Program-made: the position numbers and the translations under genes
From: an uncultured Candidatus Saccharibacteria bacterium
GTDB taxonomy: Bacteria; Patescibacteriota; Minisyncoccia; Minisyncoccales; Staskawiczbacteraceae
Reading direction: 5' to 3'
NCBI GenBank assembly: GCA_964355995.1
Contig: CAYHFP010000001.1
Span: 1-26,324 of the forward strand
DNA length: 26,324 nucleotides
Part shown: in pieces, positions 1 through 7,460 of the stretch
How the letters are laid out: the number at the start of each line of letters is the position of its first letter
Position numbering within the stretch: the first letter of the stretch is position 1
Notes under the pieces: model-generated
Database searches by the model: none
Told to the model about the DNA's origin: nothing
Seen by the model: the letters and a program-made list of their open reading frames with translations, nothing else

Positions 1-1566
1 TTCTTCAATCTTAACATTACCTTCAAATAAAATTCCCGCTTCGTCGCCCTTCACGAATTTTTCAATATCTTTTTTATTTCTTTGTAAATTAATAATCCTA
101 CCACTGCCTACTTTTACTTCTTCACGCATAATATCCACTTTCAGCCCCTTTTTAAATTCGCCATCGGTAATTTTTCCGCCCACAATTTGACGGTTTTTTT
201 CAGCCCAAAATACTAAAATCGCCTTGAGTTTACCCACCTCCTTACGAGAAGTTTCTATATCCAAAGATTTTTCCATGGCGTTTCGCAAAGCCTGAATTAA
301 TTCATAAATGATACTAAACGTTTTAATCCTGACATTTTTTTGCGTGTCGTTTTTCATCAACTGCATCACGCCCGCATTAATTTTTACCCGAAACCCAACA
401 ATTTCCGCGCCAGTCGTTTCTGCTAATTTAACATCGGCCTCGTTAATATCTCCCACTTCGCTTTTTAATATTTTCAAAACCACTTGATTACTTGGTAAAC
501 TTTTAATCATCCCATCAATAGCTTCCAGTGACCCAAAAACATCACTTTTTAAAATAATATTTAATAATTTCTTATTAGGGTCAGCCACGGGCGCATTGCT
601 GTAATTTATTTCTTTTTTATCTAATTGTGTTTTTAACTTTCCCTGAGCTTCTTCGGCTGTTTTAAAACTGGTAAATTTTTCGCCAACGCCGGGAACTTTT
701 TCAAATCCTAAAACAATGGCTGGTTGGCTAGGCAAGACTTCATTAATAGTTTTACCATTAAAATCTAAAAGTGCGCGAACCTTCGCTAAGGCCAAATCCG
801 TGGCGATAATATCTTTGAGGCGCAATATTCCCCTCTCAACAATTACCGTTGCCACAGGGCCTTTTAATGCGTCCATATACGATTCTATGACCAATCCTTG
901 GGCAGGCACGGTAATATCAGATGCCAAATCCTGCATTTCTGCTACTAGCAAAATCATTTCCAATAATTCATCAATACCCGTTTTTTCTTTGGCAGACACT
1001 TCCACCGACGGCACTTCACCCCCCATTGATTCAACCACTACATCCGCTTTAGAAAGTTCTCCTTTAATTTTTTGTGGGTTGGCATTAGGCAAATCAATTT
1101 TATTAAGCACGGCAATCATCGGAATGCCGGCGGATTTTATCGTAGCGATGGCTTCTTTAGTTTGTGGTTGAACACTTTGAGCAGAATCAACGACCAGCAA
1201 AGCCACATCGGCGACTGAGGCGCCCCGAAGTCGCATAGCTGAAAAAGCTTCGTGTCCGGGCGTATCAATAAAAGTAATTTTTTTGCCATTGTGCTCTACT
1301 TCATAGGCGCCAATGTGCTGAGTGATTCCGCCTGATTCTTTAGCTGTAATTTTAAAATCTTTAATGGCTTCCAAAAGAGAGCTTTTGCCATGATCAACGT
1401 GACCCAAAACCACCACCACAGGCGGACGATTCCAAACCGGCTTAGGAGCTGGTTTTACTTCGGGAGTTGGCAAAACATCTTCTATCTTTTTTACCGCTTT
1501 TTTTACCACCTTTTTAGGGGCTTTTTTAACCGGAGTTTTAGTTGTCTTTTTTGGTTTTGTAACCAT
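1..1566 (-). CDS. infB: Translation initiation factor IF-2, 3' end runs off the window
   Basis: Manual translation from ATG at 1566 gives RPPVVVVLGHVDHGKSSLL (G1 motif), ITQHIGAY, FIDTPGHEAF and a C-terminal KGDEAGILFEG. The frame is still open at position 1. Not in the supplied ORF track because it lacks a stop in the window. Confidence 0.95.
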   Translation of the reverse strand, partial: MVTKPKKTTKTPVKKAPKKVVKKAVKKIEDVLPTPEVKPAPKPVWNRPPVVVVLGHVDHGKSSLLEAIKDFKITAKESGGITQHIGAYEVEHNGKKITFIDTPGHEAFSAMRLRGASVADVALLVVDSAQSVQPQTKEAIATIKSAGIPMIAVLNKIDLPNANPQKIKGELSKADVVVESMGGEVPSVEVSAKEKTGIDELLEMILLVAEMQDLASDITVPAQGLVIESYMDALKGPVATVIVERGILRLKDIIATDLALAKVRALLDFNGKTINEVLPSQPAIVLGFEKVPGVGEKFTSFKTAEEAQGKLKTQLDKKEINYSNAPVADPNKKLLNIILKSDVFGSLEAIDGMIKSLPSNQVVLKILKSEVGDINEADVKLAETTGAEIVGFRVKINAGVMQLMKNDTQKNVRIKTFSIIYELIQALRNAMEKSLDIETSRKEVGKLKAILVFWAEKNRQIVGGKITDGEFKKGLKVDIMREEVKVGSGRIINLQRNKKDIEKFVKGDEAGILFEGNVKIEE

Positions 1567-1577
1567 TTTAATATTTA

Positions 1578-1601
1578 ACCGCGCGCCCGCGGGCGCGCGG
1601 T
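1578..1601. repeat. Perfect 24-bp GC-rich palindrome, CCCGCGGG core
   Basis: accgcgcgcccg|cgggcgcgcggt. Confidence 0.9.
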
Positions 1602-1612
1602 ATGCCTGAATT

Positions 1613-2095
1613 TTAATTTTTGATATTTGATTTTTGATTTATCGCAGATGTGATTACTTCTTCTTCCTCACTTGATAAAAGATTTTTAGATTTTCCATCA
1701 ATAACTGGCTTAATATACAGTCTACTGCCATCTTTGGCAAAAAGACTAGAAATAACAAATCCATTGTTATTCCCATCCAACAAAGCAATAGCAAAACTTT
1801 GGTCTCCGCCCAAATTTTTAAAAGGATTAAATCGCATTACCTCCATTTTTTGAAAAGTAATTTTGGAAATTCCTTCTAATATTTCTATTTTTCCCATCGC
1901 TTTTTTCAACTCCCCATCCATTTCTTTCGTTTTCTCCATGTGGGATAAGATAACCTCTCGCAAATCTTTGACTTTACCAACCTCCATTAAAGCATCTATT
2001 TGTTTATTTATTTTAAAATAGTAAAAAAACAAAAAACCGCTCAATGAGACCAAGGCTAAAATAATAATCAACAATAAAATGATAATCAAAGACAT
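1613..2095 (-). CDS. DUF4446-like membrane-anchored protein
   Basis: N-terminal TM helix, coiled coil, then RFNPFxxxGGDQSFAIALLDxxxNGFVISSL, recognised from memory of the family. Confidence 0.7.
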   Translation of the reverse strand: MSLIIILLLIIILALVSLSGFLFFYYFKINKQIDALMEVGKVKDLREVILSHMEKTKEMDGELKKAMGKIEILEGISKITFQKMEVMRFNPFKNLGGDQSFAIALLDGNNNGFVISSLFAKDGSRLYIKPVIDGKSKNLLSSEEEEVITSAINQKSNIKN

Positions 2096-2135
2096 AAAGT
2101 AATATTACGCTAAATTCGTCAAAAACTCAATGCAA

Positions 2136-2275
2136 TACATAACCCCGCACCAATTTCAGCCGAGGAAATAGCGTGCGGAGCTTGTAATGCGAAGTGCCTC
2201 CTGCCTGCGCAGGCAGGTCGGCTGTCAATAAAGTAGCATAGAGTTGATATTAAAATTGGTGAAGGGGTTTATGTA
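2136..2275. mobile_element. About 140-bp MITE-like element with imperfect terminal inverted repeats and an internal 18-bp palindrome
   Basis: tacataaccccgcaccaattt (2136-2156) versus aaattggtgaaggggtttatgta (2253-2275); cctgcctgcgcaggcagg at 2200-2217. Confidence 0.55.
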
Positions 2276-2371
2276 GCGAAAAGGCAATTATATTTCGCTA
2301 CATAAAAAAAGCCCGAATGTTGCCATTCAGGACCAGTGCGTTGACTGGATTTTTTCTCACAAGCGTGAGAA

Positions 2372-3208
2372 CTATTCTTCTGACTCAGTTACTTCTTTGG
2401 GGACCTGGGATTCCAACAGAGTAAAGCGAAGTCCACCGTGATGATCCCGCAGAATCTTCTTTTGCTCATCTCTTAATATCACCGCTTCGTTGAGAAGCGG
2501 GACGAAGATGTCTGCTCGATGCTCTAATTTGACCTTGAGGTCATCAAGCTCAGCCCGCCAACAAGAATCGAAATTTTTATCACCCAGCAGAAAATCGGAT
2601 ATCAGAGCCTTACCCTGAACGGTGGCAAAAACCACTGTTTTTGGTGAAAGGATTAAAAGATTCTCCTTAGACCAAAAGCCATTGACTCTTTTGCGCGCCG
2701 TTTCTACCTGTGCCAATTCGTAATCTGCAGGCGTGAGCACCGCCGTCACACCACCGATGGTGTTGTAATAAACGGTAAGATTTCCACGATTTTCCTTGAG
2801 CCACGCCTCGCAAGCATCTCGCCTTTTCCGATTTTTTTGGAACAAAAGTTGATCACGGTTTCTTCGATCTTCTTCATATTTGCGCCAGCACTCTAATTCC
2901 GCTCGCCACTTCTTAGCATCCAAAACGCCAAGGATAATCCAGAGAATTGGGGCAATGGGGAAAAGAAGCAAGAATGCCGGAATTACCCAAACTAGGGAAA
3001 TCACCGTGCCGATTATTCGGAGCGGGTCTGCATCCCACCTGTCAATCAGCCAATAATCCATGGCCTTGTAGACGGGACTCTGCATAAAAACCTCCGACCA
3101 AAATCGAAAAACCGTCTTCAGAGACAACGCGCCGTAGGCCAAACCTACTGCAAAAAAAATCCAGTATTTCACCACAAACGCCACCACCAAATCAAAGAAC
3201 TGATCCAT
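2372..3208 (-). CDS. Hypothetical membrane protein (N-terminal TM helices, charged linker, soluble C-terminus)
   Basis: Long ORF; start moved to ATG 3208 because GGAGGT lies just upstream. Confidence 0.75.
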   Translation of the reverse strand: MDQFFDLVVAFVVKYWIFFAVGLAYGALSLKTVFRFWSEVFMQSPVYKAMDYWLIDRWDADPLRIIGTVISLVWVIPAFLLLFPIAPILWIILGVLDAKKWRAELECWRKYEEDRRNRDQLLFQKNRKRRDACEAWLKENRGNLTVYYNTIGGVTAVLTPADYELAQVETARKRVNGFWSKENLLILSPKTVVFATVQGKALISDFLLGDKNFDSCWRAELDDLKVKLEHRADIFVPLLNEAVILRDEQKKILRDHHGGLRFTLLESQVPKEVTESEE

Positions 3209-3318
3209 AACGCACCTCCGTAGAGTTAGAAAAACCAGTCCAAAGTCATAAATCCAGTGCCGTAGCCTGTAATTTACTAACCTTGGTAGGTAAACATTCA
3301 CCACATAGTGAATATTTA

Positions 3319-3347
3319 ATGATAGCATATATATAAACTTATGTCAA
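3319..3347 (-). promoter_or_regulatory. Sigma70-type promoter for the 2372-3208 gene
   Basis: Minus strand reads TTGACA-17 nt-TATCAT with an extended -10 TG. Confidence 0.65.
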
Positions 3348-3415
3348 TACTTTGCTTGTAAACAAACAGCCGAGCATCTTTACCCGACTTCATTTGTGTT
3401 CTCACTAAAATATAA

Positions 3416-3443
3416 TAAAGGGCGCCCCGCGGGGCGCCCTTTA
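3416..3443. repeat. Perfect 28-bp palindrome, CCCGCGGG core
   Basis: taaagggcgccccg|cggggcgcccttta. Confidence 0.9.
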
Positions 3444-3472
3444 AAAATACAATGCTACAAAACTCAAAGCCA

Positions 3473-3889
3473 TTAAGAAGCCTTCAACCACTCCAAAGCC
3501 TCTTCTTTTGTTGTAAATGTTTTTAAATCACTTCTATCAGAAAGTGCCGAAATCATTTCCACTGCCATTTTATCTTTATCAGAAGCGCCGTAGATTGCTG
3601 TTTTTTTCACATACTGTTTAGTTTCACTAGAAAATTTAACCATTAAAACTAAAGATTCCACTACATAATTTCCACTAAAATTACTTAAATCCACCAAAAT
3701 ATTTAGTTTTTCCTGAAAATTAATAAACGCCGATTGAATAACTTCAGTGGCTTCTTGCAAAGATTGAGACAATTCTTCTATTTGCAATTCAAGTAAATCT
3801 CCATTGATAGAAATTTCTACTACACGACTTTCGCTAACTTCTGTGGTAAATGTTTTTTTCATATTGACTATATATTTATAATTTTTCAA
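3473..3889 (-). CDS. STAS/SEC14 (SpoIIAA-like) domain protein
   Basis: ILVDLSNF ... KKTAIYG ... LKTFTTKEEALEWL pattern; start could instead be 3862. Confidence 0.7.
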   Translation of the reverse strand: MKNYKYIVNMKKTFTTEVSESRVVEISINGDLLELQIEELSQSLQEATEVIQSAFINFQEKLNILVDLSNFSGNYVVESLVLMVKFSSETKQYVKKTAIYGASDKDKMAVEMISALSDRSDLKTFTTKEEALEWLKAS

Positions 3890-4094
3890 TTTCTTTTAAA
3901 TCATGGTCGGGGAAATATAAAATTGATAATCCAACTATAATACCAATTAGTGCTGACCAAAGGTGAAACCCCCCAAAAATCCACTGATCAAGAGCATCCA
4001 ATACGTGCCATATCCCCCGCCAAATCAAAACCAGACCAATAACTATAAAAATATTTTTTGTGAAATAGTTTAGCGTTAATTTATTTTTTTTCAT
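3876..4094 (-). CDS. Small two-TM hypothetical membrane protein
   Basis: IVIGLVLIWRGIWHVLD and a second hydrophobic helix. Confidence 0.7.
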   Translation of the reverse strand: MKKNKLTLNYFTKNIFIVIGLVLIWRGIWHVLDALDQWIFGGFHLWSALIGIIVGLSILYFPDHDLKEIEKL

Positions 4095-4171
4095 ATTGAT
4101 GATAATTAATTATTTTAATATTACCTTAATTGACGGACTTTGTCTGCCGTAGCTCGCTTCGAAGAGTGAAG

Positions 4172-4231
4172 CCCACCTTCGCTTCCACCGTCGCTAAAGC
4201 TATGGAGAACAAGAAAGCTACGGCGGGTGAG
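4172..4231. repeat. Two nested 30-bp palindromic units, one inserted in the middle of the other
   Basis: Outer cccaccttcgct[...]aaagctacggcgggtgag; inner tccaccgtcgctaaagctatggagaacaag (4184-4213). Confidence 0.7.
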
Positions 4232-4233
4232 AG

Positions 4234-4325
4234 CGGAGGGGGTGGGAGTCGCCCGATGATGAACATCGGGCGTCGGGTGTTCATCACCCGACGAACCCAT
4301 CGGACCTTTTTTAGTCGTAGTTTTT
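4234..4325 (-). pseudogene. tRNA-Ser 3' half copy with a 42-bp insertion in the T-loop
   Basis: Minus strand: aaaactac-gactaaaaaaggtc-cgatgggttc[42 bp]gactcccaccccctccg. Confidence 0.7.
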
Positions 4326-4337
4326 CTAGCATCAAAG

Positions 4338-4386
4338 CGGAGGGGGTGGGATTTGAACCCACGAGACCCTTGCGAGCCACGGTTTT
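4338..4386 (-). pseudogene. tRNA-Ser 3' half (long variable arm, T arm, acceptor strand)
   Basis: Minus strand: aaaaccgtggctcgcaagggtctcgtgggttcaaatcccaccccctccg. Confidence 0.75.
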
Positions 4387-4399
4387 CCTAGCCTCAAAG

Positions 4400-4483
4400 C
4401 GGAGGGGGTGGGAGTCGAACCCACTTAACCTTCACAGGTCGTAGTTTTCGAAACTACTGCACCAGCCATTATGCGCCCCCTCC
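4400..4483 (-). tRNA. tRNA-Ser(CGA)
   Basis: Acceptor ggagggg/cccctcc, G73, anticodon arm gtagt-tt CGA aa-actac, long variable arm, T arm gtggg-ttcgact-cccac; CCA not encoded. Confidence 0.9.
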
Positions 4484-4513
4484 GCTTTAGTGCTAGGCGA
4501 AACTATTCCACTA

Positions 4514-4804
4514 GGGGCAAGAAACAGAATTAAAACAAATTTTAGAATTCAAAAAATGAGATGATTTCAAGGCGAAGCGAGTCAATGTAGCTTTAGACTA
4601 CATTTACGAAGCTTTAACGCACCTGCCTGCCGGTAGGCAGGGAAATCAGCCATTTTTTGACTTCCCTTTGGGCGGGTAAATTAAGGCAATCTTCGGCGTT
4701 ACTTCAGAGCGAACGATACCTATGGCATCAAATTCGCTCCTTGTGCCTTGAATCTTGCCTTAATTTACTACCGCTAAAATTGTTGTAATTCTGTTTCTTG
4801 CCCC
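4514..4804. mobile_element. 291-bp MITE-like structured element interrupting a tRNA-Ser D-loop
   Basis: Perfect 19-bp terminal inverted repeat ggggcaagaaacagaatta (4514-4532) / taattctgtttcttgcccc (4786-4804), two long internal hairpin arms, no ORF. Confidence 0.75.
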
Positions 4805-4825
4805 AGGCCACTCTGGCACCCCTCC
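4805..4825 (-). pseudogene. tRNA-Ser 5' end (acceptor strand plus first half of D arm)
   Basis: Minus strand ggaggggtgccagagtggcct, continuing after the element as tagtggaatagtttcg (4513-4498). Confidence 0.7.
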
Positions 4826-4844
4826 AAGATTCAAAGTTATTATT

Positions 4845-5594
4845 CTATATTTCTAACAATAACGGAAAATGGTCTGACCCATATGGACGCAAAGAAACAC
4901 GACTGGATTTAACCTTAACCGTCAGTGGAACTAAAATATAATCAAGCTGAATGGGGAATTTCCAAAAAGTAACTTGGCGGTAAAAACAATTTTTTAAACT
5001 ATATTCGCTTAATAATTTTGCTAAATTTTTGTTTTCGTTAATGATAATTTCCTGCCGTTTATACCCAAAGTATTTCCACAAAAAGATATTGACCAATGGT
5101 TTGCCAAAAGTATTAAAATCACCACAAATAATATTTTTTCTTTCTGGGTCTAAGTGGTCAAGCACTTCTTTAAGTTGAGCCAAACGGTGGTTTGGTCCCG
5201 TAAAACAACGAAAATGCGTATTAAAAATTCTAAATAACCCGCCAAAAGTATCAATGTCCACATAAAATGAATCGGCTTGAAAATGATGGTAGCGATCTTT
5301 GGATTTAATAGACGTATCGCCATAAGTTTTTTTGTGCGGAATAATCACCTGCTCTTTTATAGGAAAACGAGAAAAAATAACCGAGTAAAGCTTTGTTGCC
5401 TCTTTCTTTTTATTTTTAGGAATATGCACTTCGTCGCAAATGGCAATGTGCCCACCTAAATTACGGAGTAAATCAATATGAACTGCCGGAAATTCTTGCA
5501 AACAAACAACATCGGCATTTTGTTTTTTTAAAAACTCAATGGCTTTATTAATGTCTTTATTATTTTTGTAGATATTCCACGTTAAAATTTTCAT
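4845..5594 (-). CDS. Endonuclease/exonuclease/phosphatase (EEP) family protein
   Basis: LTWNI, DVVCLQE, NTH, ICGDFN, LDYI, SDHFP motifs. Confidence 0.92.
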   Translation of the reverse strand: MKILTWNIYKNNKDINKAIEFLKKQNADVVCLQEFPAVHIDLLRNLGGHIAICDEVHIPKNKKKEATKLYSVIFSRFPIKEQVIIPHKKTYGDTSIKSKDRYHHFQADSFYVDIDTFGGLFRIFNTHFRCFTGPNHRLAQLKEVLDHLDPERKNIICGDFNTFGKPLVNIFLWKYFGYKRQEIIINENKNLAKLLSEYSLKNCFYRQVTFWKFPIQLDYILVPLTVKVKSSRVSLRPYGSDHFPLLLEI

Positions 5595-5598
5595 AATA

Positions 5599-6096
5599 TT
5601 ACCAAATCAATTGGAGAATTAAAAAAGTGATACCTGCCACCCCAACGCCCGCCAAAATATCACTGGGCCAGTGGACTCCACAAAAAACTCTAGATAAACA
5701 AACCAAAAAAGTTACAAAGGTAAAAATAATGGCTAGCGGAAGATTAAATAGGAATAAGGCAAAAGAAAAAGCAAAAAAGAATGAAGAGTGACCCGAGGGA
5801 AACCCAGGGTGGTAGGGTTTTTTAATCAGTGAATCAATACTTAAAACTTCCAGTGGCCTTTTGCGTTGATAAAATAAATAAATAATTTCGTTAATAATAA
5901 ATCGGGCAAAAAAACCGGCAAAAACCGGTATAAGAAATACTGGCCAAAAGTTAATAGTATAAGCAAAAATCGCCAAAATAACTATCAAAATATACGCCAA
6001 ATATTCAGCGCAAAATATAGCAAAAAAGTCCAATATTTTGGATTTTTTTGACAGGCCATTAATTAAGTTAAATAGGTATAAATCTAAATTTAACAC
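5599..6096 (-). CDS. PAP2-family phosphatase (undecaprenyl-diphosphatase-like)
   Basis: RKRP, FPSGHS and SRVFCGVHWPSD motifs with TM helices. The start (GTG 6096) is uncertain. Confidence 0.88.
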   Translation of the reverse strand: MLNLDLYLFNLINGLSKKSKILDFFAIFCAEYLAYILIVILAIFAYTINFWPVFLIPVFAGFFARFIINEIIYLFYQRKRPLEVLSIDSLIKKPYHPGFPSGHSSFFFAFSFALFLFNLPLAIIFTFVTFLVCLSRVFCGVHWPSDILAGVGVAGITFLILQLIW

Positions 6097-6192
6097 AATG
6101 TAAATAATACCACTTTTTGACCCCAAAAACAAGGTAAAATTAAAAGGGCCCGCTTTTGGTAAAACGGGCACAAAATATTGTTATTTTGACAG

Positions 6193-6753
6193 CTAGGGGG
6201 TTAAAGACAGAACCTTTCGATAGATAGACTCCCACGACCGCACTAATTGGAAACGAGGATGAACTGAATCCTCAACAGGCATGCCAAAAGGAATAAAAAG
6301 AAACAAATTGCTCACAGCGTTAACTAATGGCCAAAGCTGAGAAGGCTTTTTAGCGATGAAAACATCAAAATCAGTAAAATACTCTGGCTCAATTTTTCTG
6401 TTTTCCACGGCGATGAAATTGAGATTAATGTATCTCTCGTAGCACCATTCATGGACAACTTTTTGACCGGCCTCAGACCGCAAGGTCACTGCAAAAAGTT
6501 GATGCCCATCGCTTTTTAACCGCCCCAAATAATAAAGCACACTATCAAACAGATCCAGCATCAATCCATTTTCTCTGGTCTCATAGACTCTTTCCTTTAG
6601 AGCAATGTATCCATCACGTGAGAGAAAATCATTGCCACGATCAATTCTTCTTAAACTTTTGCGATATTTCTTTCCTAGCAATCGCCAAGCAACATCTTCC
6701 TTTGCCCTACTACTATCAACAAAAACACCATCAAAAACAAAAGCAATTTTCAT
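6193..6753 (-). CDS. HAD-fold, 5'(3')-deoxyribonucleotidase-like protein with degenerate motif I
   Basis: MKIAFVFDGVFVDS (DxDGV-like), AVTLRS (motif II-like), VRSWESIY C-terminus; AAGGGGAG RBS before ATG 6753. Confidence 0.55.
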   Translation of the reverse strand: MKIAFVFDGVFVDSSRAKEDVAWRLLGKKYRKSLRRIDRGNDFLSRDGYIALKERVYETRENGLMLDLFDSVLYYLGRLKSDGHQLFAVTLRSEAGQKVVHEWCYERYINLNFIAVENRKIEPEYFTDFDVFIAKKPSQLWPLVNAVSNLFLFIPFGMPVEDSVHPRFQLVRSWESIYRKVLSLTP

Positions 6754-6885
6754 ATGGCTCCCCTTAATTGGAAAGGTACAGGCTAGTTTCTTTAAAAAGC
6801 ATATCAAAAAACTGAATAAATAGCAAAAAAAATCCCCCGTTGCCTTTAGCAACTAAGGGGATTGATCAGGTCTGTCTTTTAACTT

Positions 6886-7260
6886 TTACAGCCTGCTACG
6901 TTTTGGCTTTTTCGCAAAAAGGAATTGGCAATCAAAACTCCATCCATCTTGAGCGCGCACCCAATCTTCCAAGACTTCAATTTCTTGTACACGATTCAAA
7001 TTTAAAATAAATGTTCCAGGGAAAGATCCGTATTTTGCTGGACCATTACCTCTAAGGCCAAAAGCCACAATAAAATTTCCTGGTCCCGATAATGAAAAGC
7101 GAGAAATTTGAAAGGTCTCAAGTTCACGTCGAGAAACTGGCCGAAGCCATCTTCTCTTCATAGCTCGCTCAATCATTAAATCAGTTAATTTCAGATCTCT
7201 TTTACCAGGACGAAAAGTTAAAAGAACAAATCTTCCAAATTTCTCTTCTATGCATCGCAT
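6886..7260 (-). CDS. Hypothetical protein
   Basis: 124-aa ORF with AAGGGGG RBS and a downstream hairpin near 6830-6863. Confidence 0.6.
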   Translation of the reverse strand: MRCIEEKFGRFVLLTFRPGKRDLKLTDLMIERAMKRRWLRPVSRRELETFQISRFSLSGPGNFIVAFGLRGNGPAKYGSFPGTFILNLNRVQEIEVLEDWVRAQDGWSFDCQFLFAKKPKRSRL

Positions 7261-7334
7261 GCTTATTCCCCCTTAAGTAGAATAACCAACCTTAACACAT
7301 AAGGTATATTATTACCTTTTAAAAAATAATCAAG

Positions 7335-7362
7335 ACCACGTCCGCCCGCGGGCGGACGTGGT
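7335..7362. repeat. Perfect 28-bp palindrome, CCCGCGGG core
   Basis: accacgtccgcccg|cgggcggacgtggt. Confidence 0.9.
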
Positions 7363-7377
7363 GAAGCAAAAAAAATC

Positions 7378-7453
7378 TGGTGCCCTCGGTAGGAATCGAA
7401 CCTACATTTACCCCTTAGGACGGGGCCGTTCTGATCCATTGAACTACAAAGGC
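7378..7453 (-). tRNA. tRNA-Arg(CCT)
   Basis: Acceptor gcctttg/cgagggc, anticodon arm gcccc-gt CCT aa-ggggt, T loop ttcgatt, encoded CCA. Confidence 0.88.
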
Positions 7454-7460
7454 TTTGAAT

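Noticed and set aside
716-1578. Plus-strand ORFs 716-1171 and 1390-1578
   Set aside because: Antisense shadows of infB, which has clear GTPase motifs on the minus strand.
4126-4444. ORFs 4126-4380(-) and 4130-4444(+)
   Set aside because: They run through tRNA-Ser sequence and palindromic repeats; open frames are a by-product of those repeats.
4234-4483. Direct repeats with variable spacers resembling a CRISPR array
   Set aside because: The repeats are tRNA 3' ends and the spacers are tRNA variable arms; no cas genes are present in the window.
4387-4804. Group I or group II introns in the outer tRNA-Ser
   Set aside because: No recognisable group I core or group II domain V. The anticodon insert is only 111 bp and mostly a tRNA; the D-loop insert has MITE-like terminal repeats.
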